From contig JANLPS010000171.1 in the NCBI GenBank assembly GCA_031367385.1, forward strand, positions 1 through 22,031: a stretch of DNA of 22,031 nucleotides, written 5' to 3'. The notes beneath the pieces were generated by a model, which worked only from the letters and a program-made list of their open reading frames with translations, did not search any database and was not told where the DNA came from. This stretch comes from Archangium sp. (GTDB lineage: Bacteria > Myxococcota > Myxococcia > Myxococcales > Myxococcaceae). This document shows, one piece after another, positions 1 to 8,791 of this stretch. The position numbers and the translations under genes are program-made. How positions within the stretch are numbered: position 1 is the first letter of the stretch; the number at the start of each line of letters is the position of its first letter.

Positions 1-1
1 C

Positions 2-385
2 ATTGCCTTCACCGACGCGCTCGAGCCCGACGTTCAACCTCCGTGGCGAGAAGAGCTGATGCCGATACCGGTCAACGGCATGCCGCGATTGCACGAGACG
101 GTGTTCTTTCATCGCGCCTCCGCCTCGCTGTACTTCACCGACCTTGCCTTCAACATCGCCCGGCCCGAAGCGCTCTTCGGGCGAATGCTGCTCGGCCTCG
201 CAGGCCCATACGGGCGCTTGTCAATCCCGCGGCTGGGCAGGGTGGGTGTCAAGGTCGCGCTGCGCAAGTCGATCGACGAGGTGGTCGCGCTCGAGCCGCG
301 GCAGCTCATCGTCTCGCATGGAGTACCGGTCACTCACCATGCGACCGAGGTTCTGAAGAGCGCCTTCGCCTTTCTCAAGGCATAG
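2..385 (+). CDS. DUF4336-family-like protein (5' truncated by window edge)
   Basis: Frame open from base 2 (IAFTDALEPD...). Contains E-x-V-F-F-H-R-A-S-x-S-L-x-x-T-D-L-x-F-N and a downstream 'IVSHG', as recalled for DUF4336 (metallo-beta-lactamase-like) proteins. Confidence 0.7.
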   Translation: MAFTDALEPDVQPPWREELMPIPVNGMPRLHETVFFHRASASLYFTDLAFNIARPEALFGRMLLGLAGPYGRLSIPRLGRVGVKVALRKSIDEVVALEPRQLIVSHGVPVTHHATEVLKSAFAFLKA

Positions 386-442
386 GCCGCAGGGCCGTGT
401 GCGTTTTTGTCTTCTGCCAGCCGCTGTGCTCGATTCGAGGGC

Positions 443-988
443 ATGTCGTTCACTCTGGTGGCACTGCTGCTCGCCCAAACCTTCTTTACGTGGACCGACA
501 AGAGCGGCGTCGAGCACTACACCGATGATCGCTCGTCGATACCCAAAGGCGCGAAGATCACACAGACCGAGGGCGATGAGCTCAACACCATCGAAGACAC
601 CACCCGGCCCGTCGCGCCAACACAGGTCAGGCCGGTCGCCGCTCGAGAAGAGAGCGCGCAAGAACGACGTCAACGCGAAGACGCCTGGCGCACCGCGTTT
701 CGCAGCGCTCGCAACCGGGTCGCTGACCTCGAGGTCGAAATCGAAACCGAGCGCAAACAGGTCGAAGAGATCAATGGCCTGCCCGTGACCGGGCGCATCT
801 CGTGCCGCTCGTCAGTCGGCGTCTACGGCGCACCCGGGCGCATCACCACCGGGTACTGCTCGTCGCGCGGCTTCTCTTCGGAGCGCCTGGCCCGCAATCG
901 AGCCCTCTTGCAACGCGCGAAAGACGAGCTCTCCGACCTCGAACGCCGGGCCGCAGACGACGCCGTGCCGCTCGAATGGCGCCATTGA
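443..988 (+). CDS. DUF4124 domain secreted protein with coiled-coil C-terminus
   Basis: ATG at 443 after GAGGG. Short hydrophobic N-terminus, then 'FTWTDKSGVEHYTDD...IP' (DUF4124 motif). C-terminus is helical and ends in 'VPLEWR'. Confidence 0.75.
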   Translation: MSFTLVALLLAQTFFTWTDKSGVEHYTDDRSSIPKGAKITQTEGDELNTIEDTTRPVAPTQVRPVAAREESAQERRQREDAWRTAFRSARNRVADLEVEIETERKQVEEINGLPVTGRISCRSSVGVYGAPGRITTGYCSSRGFSSERLARNRALLQRAKDELSDLERRAADDAVPLEWRH

Positions 989-1109
989 CGGGGTGATGGC
1001 GCCTTGAGTCTGCTTCGGTGACGCAACGAGCGCATTTTTTGCTGAAATTTCAACGAAGTGCGTGGGGGTGATTGAACCTCCTCCCTTCGCGAATGTACGG
1101 TGCTCGGCT

Positions 1110-3596
1110 ATGGCCCCCATCCTTCCCCCAACCTCTGGTGTTGGCGCTCCTGCTGCTCCCAAACGCGCCGTGGCCGAAACTGCAACTCCCGTTGCCTCTG
1201 CGGTCATCGAGCCGTTGCTGTGGGGTGGAGACACGATGGGCGTCGTCGAGCACACGAAAAGTGGGTTCGTTCAGGCCAAAAACAAGACCTACGCCGAGGC
1301 GACGGCTGCCTTGAGAAACGGCAACATCCCCTCGAGCGCGTACACCGCGCTCACTTTGCTCCGGTCACTGAACCTGGCAAGCCTGACTGTGCCCCAGCGA
1401 ATCGAGCTTGCGAAGGTCTTTGCGAACAAGAGCGATTACTCTTTGGTGAAGTCTGATGTTCGCCGCGAAGAGGGCATTCTCGCCGTGCTCGACGCGCCCA
1501 CGGGCCGCATCGCGCTGGCCCGTGCGCTGTATCAAGGCGCCCCGGGCGAACGCCCGATCGATAGCATTGGCAAGGCCTTCACCCATGAAGCCCAGGAGGC
1601 GAAGCTCGCAGGCCTCATGGGCAAAGAACTCCGCGCGGCGCGAGGCGAGTGGGCAAAGACTTTCAATTCGCCTGACCCCACCGTTCGCGCGCGCATGGGC
1701 ACCGTGGCTGCCTCGCGCGACCTGATGCACAGCACCTTTCCCTTTAATGACGGGCCGTACAGCAGCATCTCGTCGACCATCAAAGACGGCAAGATCAGCG
1801 CGACCATCGAGAGCCAGCATGGCTCGATCGCCCTGGGCGAACCGTTCGCCGTGCCGGCCACCAATGAAGGCGTTCAGGCAGAGCTCGCCAAGCGCTTCAA
1901 CCAGTACCACTACGGCACCCAGACCGCGCCGCCGGCCTTCTTGAATGCGCTCATCAAAGATTCGTTGAATGCGCGCACCAAAGATTCGCTCGGCTCTGGC
2001 GGGCCCCCCGCCGCCGTTCTCGCCAACGCGGTCAAACTCGAGAATCGAAACTACGCACTGACCTTGCCGGCCGACGTCTGGAGCCGCTTTCTCGGCACCC
2101 CAGGCGCCTCGCCCCAGGCCATCAAGAAAGAAATGGTCGGCCAGTTCAGCGGGCTGTTCATGGGGAAAGACGCGGCCGCTAAGCTCGAGAAGAGCATCGA
2201 GATCGACCCCAAGACCCAGACCGTCAAGGTCAACCTGATGGACGCCGTGGTCATGGTCGAGGCCAAGCAGCTCAACGATCAGGCCCGCGAATACTTCGCT
2301 CACGATGGCCTCGACCCGAACTTTCAGTTCGTTCGCCGGGTCGACAAGCAGCTCCAGTTCGTCGTGCCGTACGGGCTCGCGTCGGCCTTTCAGCCCCTGA
2401 CCGAGAGCCACCCGAAGAGCGTCGAAGAAGGCCTCGAGACGCTGCGTCAGCGCACGAACGAGCTCGAACTCGGAGCGCCCTCATCGACGCCCGATGGGTT
2501 GCTCGCCCTCTCCATCAAAGACGCCAAGCGCTTGATGGCGGCCTCGAGCTTCTCATACGCGGGCGACGCGCAGCACGACGTGCGCAACCTCTACGGCGGT
2601 GAGCAGCTCTCGGCGCTCTCGTACCTGCCCTTCGACGGAGTGATGAAAGAGGGCGCGGGGTTCTCCGAAGTAAACCGAACCCGCGAAATCGAGAAGCAGA
2701 AGCAGCTCAAGACGCCTCCGGGAGCGCTCGCTGATAAACTTCACCGCCTGGGCTTCGAGATCGAGCGAGAGATCGCGACCCCTCTGGGGCAGGCTCTGGT
2801 CGTTCGCAACGACACGCTCGGCATTGTTCGAGTCGTGCTGCGGGGGAGTGATCGCGGGCGGGACTTCTTCACCGACATTCTTTCGCTCGAAGTGCCGTTC
2901 AAGCTCAACGACAAGACGCTGAGCGCGGCCGTTGGGTTCTTGCGCTCGGTTGAGTCGATGTACCCGCAGATTCTCGAAGGGGTTCAGAGCGCCACCGCCA
3001 AGCTCAAGGAGGCCGGCTTCGAAGACGTCAAGCTTGGTATCGATGGTCACAGTAAGGCCGGTGGCGAAGGGCCCGTGTTGGCCCTCATGCTCGATCATGA
3101 CGCCGACCTGAACAAAATTCCGAGGCTTCAGCAGGTCAATCTGATCGAGCCGGCGCGTGCCATCGCCCGATGGGACAGTTTCAAGACCGGCATACCAACG
3201 ATGGTCGGAGCAGGCATTGACGGCTTCATCACTGAGGCCGTTGGGGCCATTCGCGACGCGTTGAATTGGAAGATGAGCGACACGACGGCCGACGTGTACG
3301 CGACGAAGCTCGGCTCAAAGACCTCGGTGTGGGCGATGAGCCGCGACATCGTGCCCCACGTCGGCATGTACGGCTTTGGCCGGGTCAAGCCGGGCGGCAT
3401 TTTGCTGTTCGACGAAGCGACCGGCATGGCCCGTAGTGGCGTCGAGGGCAAGCCCGAGCATTGGATTTCGGACCCCTTCGTCGAAAAACAGAAGAAGGCC
3501 CTCTTCGATCAGGGCATCAGCGTTCAGAGCCACATGCTCGGCAACGTCGGCCCGGCGATCTTCAACCAGATCGGGGCTGGCGTCATCACCGATTAG
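1110..3596 (+). CDS. Large protein with C-terminal lipase class 3-like alpha/beta-hydrolase domain and unknown N-terminal region
   Basis: Long ORF (1062..3596, likely start ATG 1110). Lipase-3 motifs in the expected order: 'VVLRGSD...DFFTD', 'VGF', 'DGHSKAGG' (nucleophile elbow), 'DIVPHV' (catalytic Asp) and 'SHML' (catalytic His). Confidence 0.7.
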   Translation: MAPILPPTSGVGAPAAPKRAVAETATPVASAVIEPLLWGGDTMGVVEHTKSGFVQAKNKTYAEATAALRNGNIPSSAYTALTLLRSLNLASLTVPQRIELAKVFANKSDYSLVKSDVRREEGILAVLDAPTGRIALARALYQGAPGERPIDSIGKAFTHEAQEAKLAGLMGKELRAARGEWAKTFNSPDPTVRARMGTVAASRDLMHSTFPFNDGPYSSISSTIKDGKISATIESQHGSIALGEPFAVPATNEGVQAELAKRFNQYHYGTQTAPPAFLNALIKDSLNARTKDSLGSGGPPAAVLANAVKLENRNYALTLPADVWSRFLGTPGASPQAIKKEMVGQFSGLFMGKDAAAKLEKSIEIDPKTQTVKVNLMDAVVMVEAKQLNDQAREYFAHDGLDPNFQFVRRVDKQLQFVVPYGLASAFQPLTESHPKSVEEGLETLRQRTNELELGAPSSTPDGLLALSIKDAKRLMAASSFSYAGDAQHDVRNLYGGEQLSALSYLPFDGVMKEGAGFSEVNRTREIEKQKQLKTPPGALADKLHRLGFEIEREIATPLGQALVVRNDTLGIVRVVLRGSDRGRDFFTDILSLEVPFKLNDKTLSAAVGFLRSVESMYPQILEGVQSATAKLKEAGFEDVKLGIDGHSKAGGEGPVLALMLDHDADLNKIPRLQQVNLIEPARAIARWDSFKTGIPTMVGAGIDGFITEAVGAIRDALNWKMSDTTADVYATKLGSKTSVWAMSRDIVPHVGMYGFGRVKPGGILLFDEATGMARSGVEGKPEHWISDPFVEKQKKALFDQGISVQSHMLGNVGPAIFNQIGAGVITD

Positions 3597-3664
3597 GCAT
3601 GTGGGGGCCTCCGAAGACTGCACCGCGCGTCGGTTTCTGGTAACTCGCGCGTCAGCGGTTCTTC

Positions 3665-3738
3665 GGTCCCATAGCTCAGCTGGATAGAGCGGTTGTTTCC
3701 TAAACAACAGGTCGCAAGTTCGATTCTTGCTGGGATCA
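3665..3738 (+). tRNA. tRNA-Arg (anticodon CCT), 3' CCA not encoded
   Basis: Acceptor stem GGTCCCA/TGGGATC, D-arm AGCTCAGCTGGATAGAGC, anticodon stem GTTGT-TTCCTAA-ACAAC, T-arm GCAAG-TTCGATT-CTTGC, discriminator A3738 followed by CTG. Confidence 0.97.
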
Positions 3739-3743
3739 CTGTG

Positions 3744-4940
3744 ATGTCTGAATTCCCCCTGGCGAGTGCGCCGATCCCCGCTCCGGTGCTCGAGGTGTTG
3801 GCCGGGTTGACCGCCGCCGGGTATCGCGCCTTTCTCGTCGGTGGGTGCGTGCGAGACGCGCTCCGCGGGCAGCCCGCCAAAGACTTCGACATTGCCACCA
3901 GCGCGTTTCCTACCCAGGTGCAGCAGGTCTTCAAGAGGGTCATCCCCACCGGCATCGAGCATGGCACCGTCACCGTCGTCACCAAGGGCGTTCACGTCGA
4001 GGTGACCACCTTTCGCGCCGAGGCCGAGTACCTCGACGGCCGGCGCCCCTCGAAGGTCGACTTTCACGCCGACATCGAAGCCGACTTGGCCAGCCGTGAC
4101 TTCACCATCAACGCGATGGCGTACGACCCCATTCGCAGCGAATTGGTCGACCCATTCGACGGGCAGGGCGACTTGAAGGCCCGGCTGGTTCGGTGCGTAC
4201 GCAGCGCGATGGAGCGCTTCTCAGAAGACGGCCTGCGAGCCATGCGCGCCGTGCGCTTCGCCACCGTGCTCGACTTCTCCCTCGAGCCCCAGACCGAGGC
4301 GGCCATCGCGCCGACGGTACCGATCTTTCGCAAGGTCGCCACTGAGCGCATCAACCAAGAATTCGTCAAGCTGCTGCTGGCGCCCAAGGCCACCGCGGGC
4401 CTCGAGCTGCTGCGGCGAACGACCCTGCTCGAGGTGTTTCTGCCCGAGGCGCTGAGCGGTGACTTCGAGGCCGTGGGCCGGGCCGCGCCGACCCTCGAGG
4501 TGCGCCTCGCCGTGCTGCTGGCCCAGGCCCCTGACGTCAGAGCGGCGCTGCTGCGGCTCAAGTGCTCGAATCTCGAAGCCGAGACCACTGCGCATCTGGT
4601 GAAGCACCGGGCTTTGCCCGCTCCGGCCGCCACCGACGCCGAGGTTCGCCGCTGGTTGGCCCAGGCCGGGCCCGAGCACGTCGAGTCGATTCTGGCGGTC
4701 AACCAGGCCCTGGGAGCCCCCGCGCAGCCCCGAATTCGCGAGATCCTCGCCTCGAACCCGCCGCTCACCACCAAGGCCCTGGCGCTCGACGGCAAGGCCC
4801 TGATGGGCGTTTTGAACGTCGGCCCTTCGAAGGCCATCGGCGACGCCACCAGGCATTTGCTGCAGGTCGTACTCGATGACCCGAGCCGCAATACCGTCGA
4901 CAGCCTGACCGCCGAAATTCGCGCCTGGTTCAAGGCGTAA
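3744..4940 (+). CDS. cca: Class II tRNA nucleotidyltransferase (CCA-adding enzyme), no HD domain
   Basis: 'LVGGCVRD...KDFDIATS' (motif A), 'EVTTFRAEAEYLDGRRPS' (flexible loop present), 'SRDFTINA' (motif B), 'EDGLRAMRAVRF' (motif D), 'ERI' (motif E). The ORF extension to 3693 lies inside the tRNA, so the start is GTG3741 or ATG3744. Confidence 0.9.
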   Translation: MSEFPLASAPIPAPVLEVLAGLTAAGYRAFLVGGCVRDALRGQPAKDFDIATSAFPTQVQQVFKRVIPTGIEHGTVTVVTKGVHVEVTTFRAEAEYLDGRRPSKVDFHADIEADLASRDFTINAMAYDPIRSELVDPFDGQGDLKARLVRCVRSAMERFSEDGLRAMRAVRFATVLDFSLEPQTEAAIAPTVPIFRKVATERINQEFVKLLLAPKATAGLELLRRTTLLEVFLPEALSGDFEAVGRAAPTLEVRLAVLLAQAPDVRAALLRLKCSNLEAETTAHLVKHRALPAPAATDAEVRRWLAQAGPEHVESILAVNQALGAPAQPRIREILASNPPLTTKALALDGKALMGVLNVGPSKAIGDATRHLLQVVLDDPSRNTVDSLTAEIRAWFKA

Positions 4941-4954
4941 ATCGCCTCACTTTG

Positions 4955-5163
4955 TTTCCCACAATGTTCCCCACAGGGGGGTCGGGGCCTCTTCCCAGGG
5001 AGACCGCCCAACCGGAGTTCTCCTCTGAGGCGTTTTGGGGATTGGCCGAAACCCTGAGAAGTTTCAATGAGTTGGGGTGTGGCACAAACCCACACATGAC
5101 CCTGGGCAAAAAATTCTCAACAAGCGCCCAGAGCGCCCGAGCCTGTGGGAAAGATGTGAGAAA
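4955..5163. promoter_or_regulatory. Cluster of DnaA-box-like 9-mers flanking an IHF-like site
   Basis: TTTCCCACA (4955-4963), TTCCCCACA (4967-4975), TTCTCAACA (5114-5122), reverse TGTGGGAAA (5144-5152) and reverse TGTGAGAAA (5155-5163), each 1-2 mismatches from TTWTNCACA. TTTCAATGAGTTG (5062-5074) has 1 mismatch to WATCAANNNNTTR. Confidence 0.45.
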
Positions 5164-5231
5164 TCGGCCTCTGAGGGGCCACCCTCGACACCCCCTTTCA
5201 GGAAAGCCCAAGGGGTGACATCAAGGCCCGC

Positions 5232-6281
<1,050 letters not shown>

Positions 6282-6293
6282 GCTCGCGCGCAG

Positions 6294-6947
6294 ATGTCTT
6301 TGCGTCTGGTCTGCGCTGCGTTCATCTGTGGTTTCGGGCTCGCGTTTCTTCACGCCTGTGGCCCGACGATCAAGCCCTGCTCGGCGAAGACCTGCGATGG
6401 CTGCTGCGATGAGAATGGCCAGTGTTTGGCGGGCTCGTCGGTTTTCGAGTGCGGCTCGGGCGGCAACAGCTGTTCGCGGTGCGAAGCCAACCAGGCCTGC
6501 CACTCGGGTGAGTGCACGCTCTTCGCTGACGGCGACTACGACGCGAGCTTTCCCCGTGCGCCAGGGGGCGGCTTCAACCCCGACGCCGGTGTCTTCAGGC
6601 CCCGCGACGGTGGTTCGGCCAGAGACGCCGGGCCGCGCTCAGATGCCGGGGTAGGGGTGGTGAGCTTCGCGTACGACGTCGCGCCGATCTTCGACGCCCA
6701 CTGCAGCGGCTGCCACACGTGGGACTCGCCGGCCACCCTCAAGAAGACCTCGACCACCGGCGACTGCACCGGCAGCCCTCGCATCGTGCCCGGCAACACC
6801 GATGCGGGCGTGATGATCTCGAAGATTTCGGGCAACCCGATTTGCGGCGGGTCGATGCCGCAAGGGCAGAGCGCGCTCATCGTCAGCAACCCCGACGACG
6901 TCGCCACCATTCGCCGCTGGGTCGCTCAGGGTGCCCTCGATAACTGA
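6294..6947 (+). CDS. Lipoprotein with Cys-rich N-terminal module and C-terminal monoheme cytochrome c domain
   Basis: Signal peptide ending in LHAC. Cys-rich 'CSAKTCDGCC...C...CG..G..C..C...C...C', a D(A/G)G-rich linker, then 'VSFAYDVAPIFDAHCSGCH...MP...IRRWVAQGALDN' (CxxCH plus distal Met). Confidence 0.75.
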   Translation: MSLRLVCAAFICGFGLAFLHACGPTIKPCSAKTCDGCCDENGQCLAGSSVFECGSGGNSCSRCEANQACHSGECTLFADGDYDASFPRAPGGGFNPDAGVFRPRDGGSARDAGPRSDAGVGVVSFAYDVAPIFDAHCSGCHTWDSPATLKKTSTTGDCTGSPRIVPGNTDAGVMISKISGNPICGGSMPQGQSALIVSNPDDVATIRRWVAQGALDN

Positions 6948-6960
6948 CCGAACGTGGAAA

Positions 6961-6988
6961 TTGACGATGTGCGACAGCGCGCTACCGT
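6961..6988 (+). promoter_or_regulatory. Putative sigma70-type promoter for the SPOR gene
   Basis: TTGACG-N16-TACCGT in the intergenic gap, 11 nt before ATG 7000. Confidence 0.4.
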
Positions 6989-6999
6989 CATGAAGACCG

Positions 7000-7776
7000 A
7001 TGCGAGACTCACACCGCCTCAAAGAAAAGTACGAGCTGTCGCTCGATAACCGTCAAATCGTCAGCCTGACCGTCGCGTCGTTGGTCGTGCTCGGAGGCGT
7101 GTTCGTTCTCGGCGTCGTCGTCGGCAAGAAGCTCGCGAGCGAGATGGTACCCGAGAAGGCCACCGCTGATCTGTTGACCGCGGTCGACCAGAAGACCGCC
7201 GCGCTCGACGCGGTGCTGCAACACGAGAAAGACGCGTCGCTCACGTTTCAAGACGAGCTGACCAAGAAGTTCCCCGTCGAGGTGAGGCTGCCTCCGGCGA
7301 TGCCCACGCCGCCCGCCCCGGTGGCCGTCGCTGAGCCCAAGAAGCCCGAGCCTGCGCTCGAAGCGCCCAAGCCGGTGGCCGAGGTCGCGGTGGTCGCCAG
7401 GCCCGCACCGACCAAGCTGCCCGACACCCCGAAAGAAGAGCCCGTCGTCACCCGCACCCACGACGGAGGCCTCAAGGAGGCGTTCGGCAAGGCGCAGAAG
7501 CTGCCCGAACCGGCGCCTGCGCCGTCACCGGCCGCCGCGGTGGGCACCTGGTCGCTGCAGCTCTCGGCGTACCAAGATCGCTCCGAGGCTGATCGCTTTG
7601 CCGCGGGCCTGCGAGACAAGGGCTACGCGCCGTACATCATCGAGGCGCAGGTGCCGGGCAAGGGCACCTGGTATCGGGTGCGCGTCGGCAAGTTCGCCAA
7701 CAAAGAAGCCGCTTCGAACTACCTCAACGACTTCAAGCGCGAGACGTCGATGAACGGCATCGTCGCGCCGAACTGA
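7000..7776 (+). CDS. SPOR domain cell-division protein (FtsN/DedD-like architecture)
   Basis: N-terminal single TM helix, Pro/Ala/Lys-rich linker, C-terminal SPOR 'WSLQLSAYQDRSEA...GY...WYRVRVGKF'. Confidence 0.9.
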   Translation: MRDSHRLKEKYELSLDNRQIVSLTVASLVVLGGVFVLGVVVGKKLASEMVPEKATADLLTAVDQKTAALDAVLQHEKDASLTFQDELTKKFPVEVRLPPAMPTPPAPVAVAEPKKPEPALEAPKPVAEVAVVARPAPTKLPDTPKEEPVVTRTHDGGLKEAFGKAQKLPEPAPAPSPAAAVGTWSLQLSAYQDRSEADRFAAGLRDKGYAPYIIEAQVPGKGTWYRVRVGKFANKEAASNYLNDFKRETSMNGIVAPN

Positions 7777-7780
7777 CTCC

Positions 7781-7978
7781 ATGCGCGTGACCTTGATGGC
7801 AATGCTCTTTCTCAGTGGGTGTGCCCACGTGCCCGAGGCGAAGCAGTGCTCCGACTCGAAGGCGCTGATGTGCGTGACCCGCACCGAGTGCTCGTACGAT
7901 CGCGCGCGTGACTGTCAGATGTGTCAGTGCGAGTCGATCAACGGAGCCAACTCGGGGCCTCGCTTCACGCTGCCGTAA
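7781..7978 (+). CDS. Small Cys-rich lipoprotein (65 aa)
   Basis: Lipobox LSGC and six further Cys. Starts 5 nt after the SPOR stop codon. Confidence 0.65.
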   Translation: MRVTLMAMLFLSGCAHVPEAKQCSDSKALMCVTRTECSYDRARDCQMCQCESINGANSGPRFTLP

Positions 7979-8714
7979 CGCCCCGGTGGCTCATCATCTG
8001 TTGCACCAACTCGGCGTTCGACTTCGAGTTCGAGACGGTCGCCTCAGGCACGACGCGGTTGATTCGGCTCGGTACGAAAATCGCCTGGCCTGAAATGGTC
8101 ATCGCCAGCGCACGCCCCGACTCGAGGGCTTCGGTGATCTTCGCGGTCAAATCGGCCGCAGCGTCGGCGTGCAACCCAGAGAACACCGGCAGCTTGGCGA
8201 TGTCGCTCGCCGCGTTCACGTACAACACGTCGGGCGCGATCGGCGCCTCGGTGCGACCCGATGCCTTCCGCGCGATCGCCGCGTTCGATTGCGCCTCGGA
8301 GCCCTCCGGCGCCGAGCTCCTGGGCTTGGCGGGCACCGAAATCGAACAGGCGCCGACGGTCATGGCCAGCGCCACGCCTTCGGAGAGGGCCTTGGTGAGC
8401 TTCGTTCGCAGGGCCGAGGCAGCGACCGTGCTCAAGCCCTCCCAGATGGGGAGCCGCTCGATGTCGGCGACGGTCTTGACCGTGATCACGTTGGCTGCGA
8501 GCCGTTCGACGCCGGCCGACACGCGAAAGGTCGGCAGACCAGCGGTCGGGGGCGACGCCCCAGCCGTGGGTACCAAGACCATCGGCGACGCGCCCGCAGC
8601 CACGAAGGCGCTTTTCGGCGATTCGGGCGTCGTGACCGAATCAACGCTCACTGGGTCGGCGTGCGCTGAAACTGAGAGCGGCAGGCGAATCGGGGCTGTT
8701 TTGATGGTCGTCAA
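7965..8714 (-). CDS. Hypothetical protein with two internal 54-aa repeats
   Basis: TTG start and low-complexity N-terminus. Residues 75-128 and 162-215 align ungapped at 24/54 identities, which supports this frame as coding. Confidence 0.7.
   Translation of the reverse strand: MTTIKTAPIRLPLSVSAHADPVSVDSVTTPESPKSAFVAAGASPMVLVPTAGASPPTAGLPTFRVSAGVERLAANVITVKTVADIERLPIWEGLSTVAASALRTKLTKALSEGVALAMTVGACSISVPAKPRSSAPEGSEAQSNAAIARKASGRTEAPIAPDVLYVNAASDIAKLPVFSGLHADAAADLTAKITEALESGRALAMTISGQAIFVPSRINRVVPEATVSNSKSNAELVQQMMSHRGVTAA
8070..8492 (-). repeat. Duplicated 54-codon module (8331-8492 and 8070-8231)
   Basis: NVITVKTVADIERLPIWEGL...GVALAMTVGACSISVP versus DVLYVNAASDIAKLPVFSGL...GRALAMTISGQAIFVP. 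Confidence 0.85.
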
Positions 8715-8791
8715 GGGTCACCAGGGCTGGGAGGTCTTGTGATTACCTCCTGCTCAGAAAACCCTTCCCGCCGTACATGGGCGGCCCGGAA

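Noticed and set aside
3665..3738. tRNA as an integration site for a genomic island or prophage
   Set aside because: No integrase and no duplicated tRNA 3' end seen in the window; the 3' neighbour is a housekeeping gene.
3693..3743. N-terminal extension of the cca ORF from TTG 3693
   Set aside because: Lies within the tRNA-Arg gene; the conserved enzyme sequence begins after ATG 3744.
4941..5231. Chromosomal origin (oriC), or the small ORFs 4952..5218 and 4930..5211 as genes
   Set aside because: No dnaA/dnaN/gidA context, no perfect DnaA box and no clear AT-rich unwinding element. The small ORFs lack RBS, typical codon bias and recognisable motifs.
7921..8742. 273-aa plus-strand ORF
   Set aside because: Antisense shadow of the minus-strand gene, which carries the conserved internal repeat.
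8730..8751. GGAGGT/ACCTCC hairpin as an SD-sequestering riboregulator for the 8714 gene
   Set aside because: The SD-like sequence is about 30 nt from the TTG start, too far to act as its RBS, and the stem is only 6 bp.
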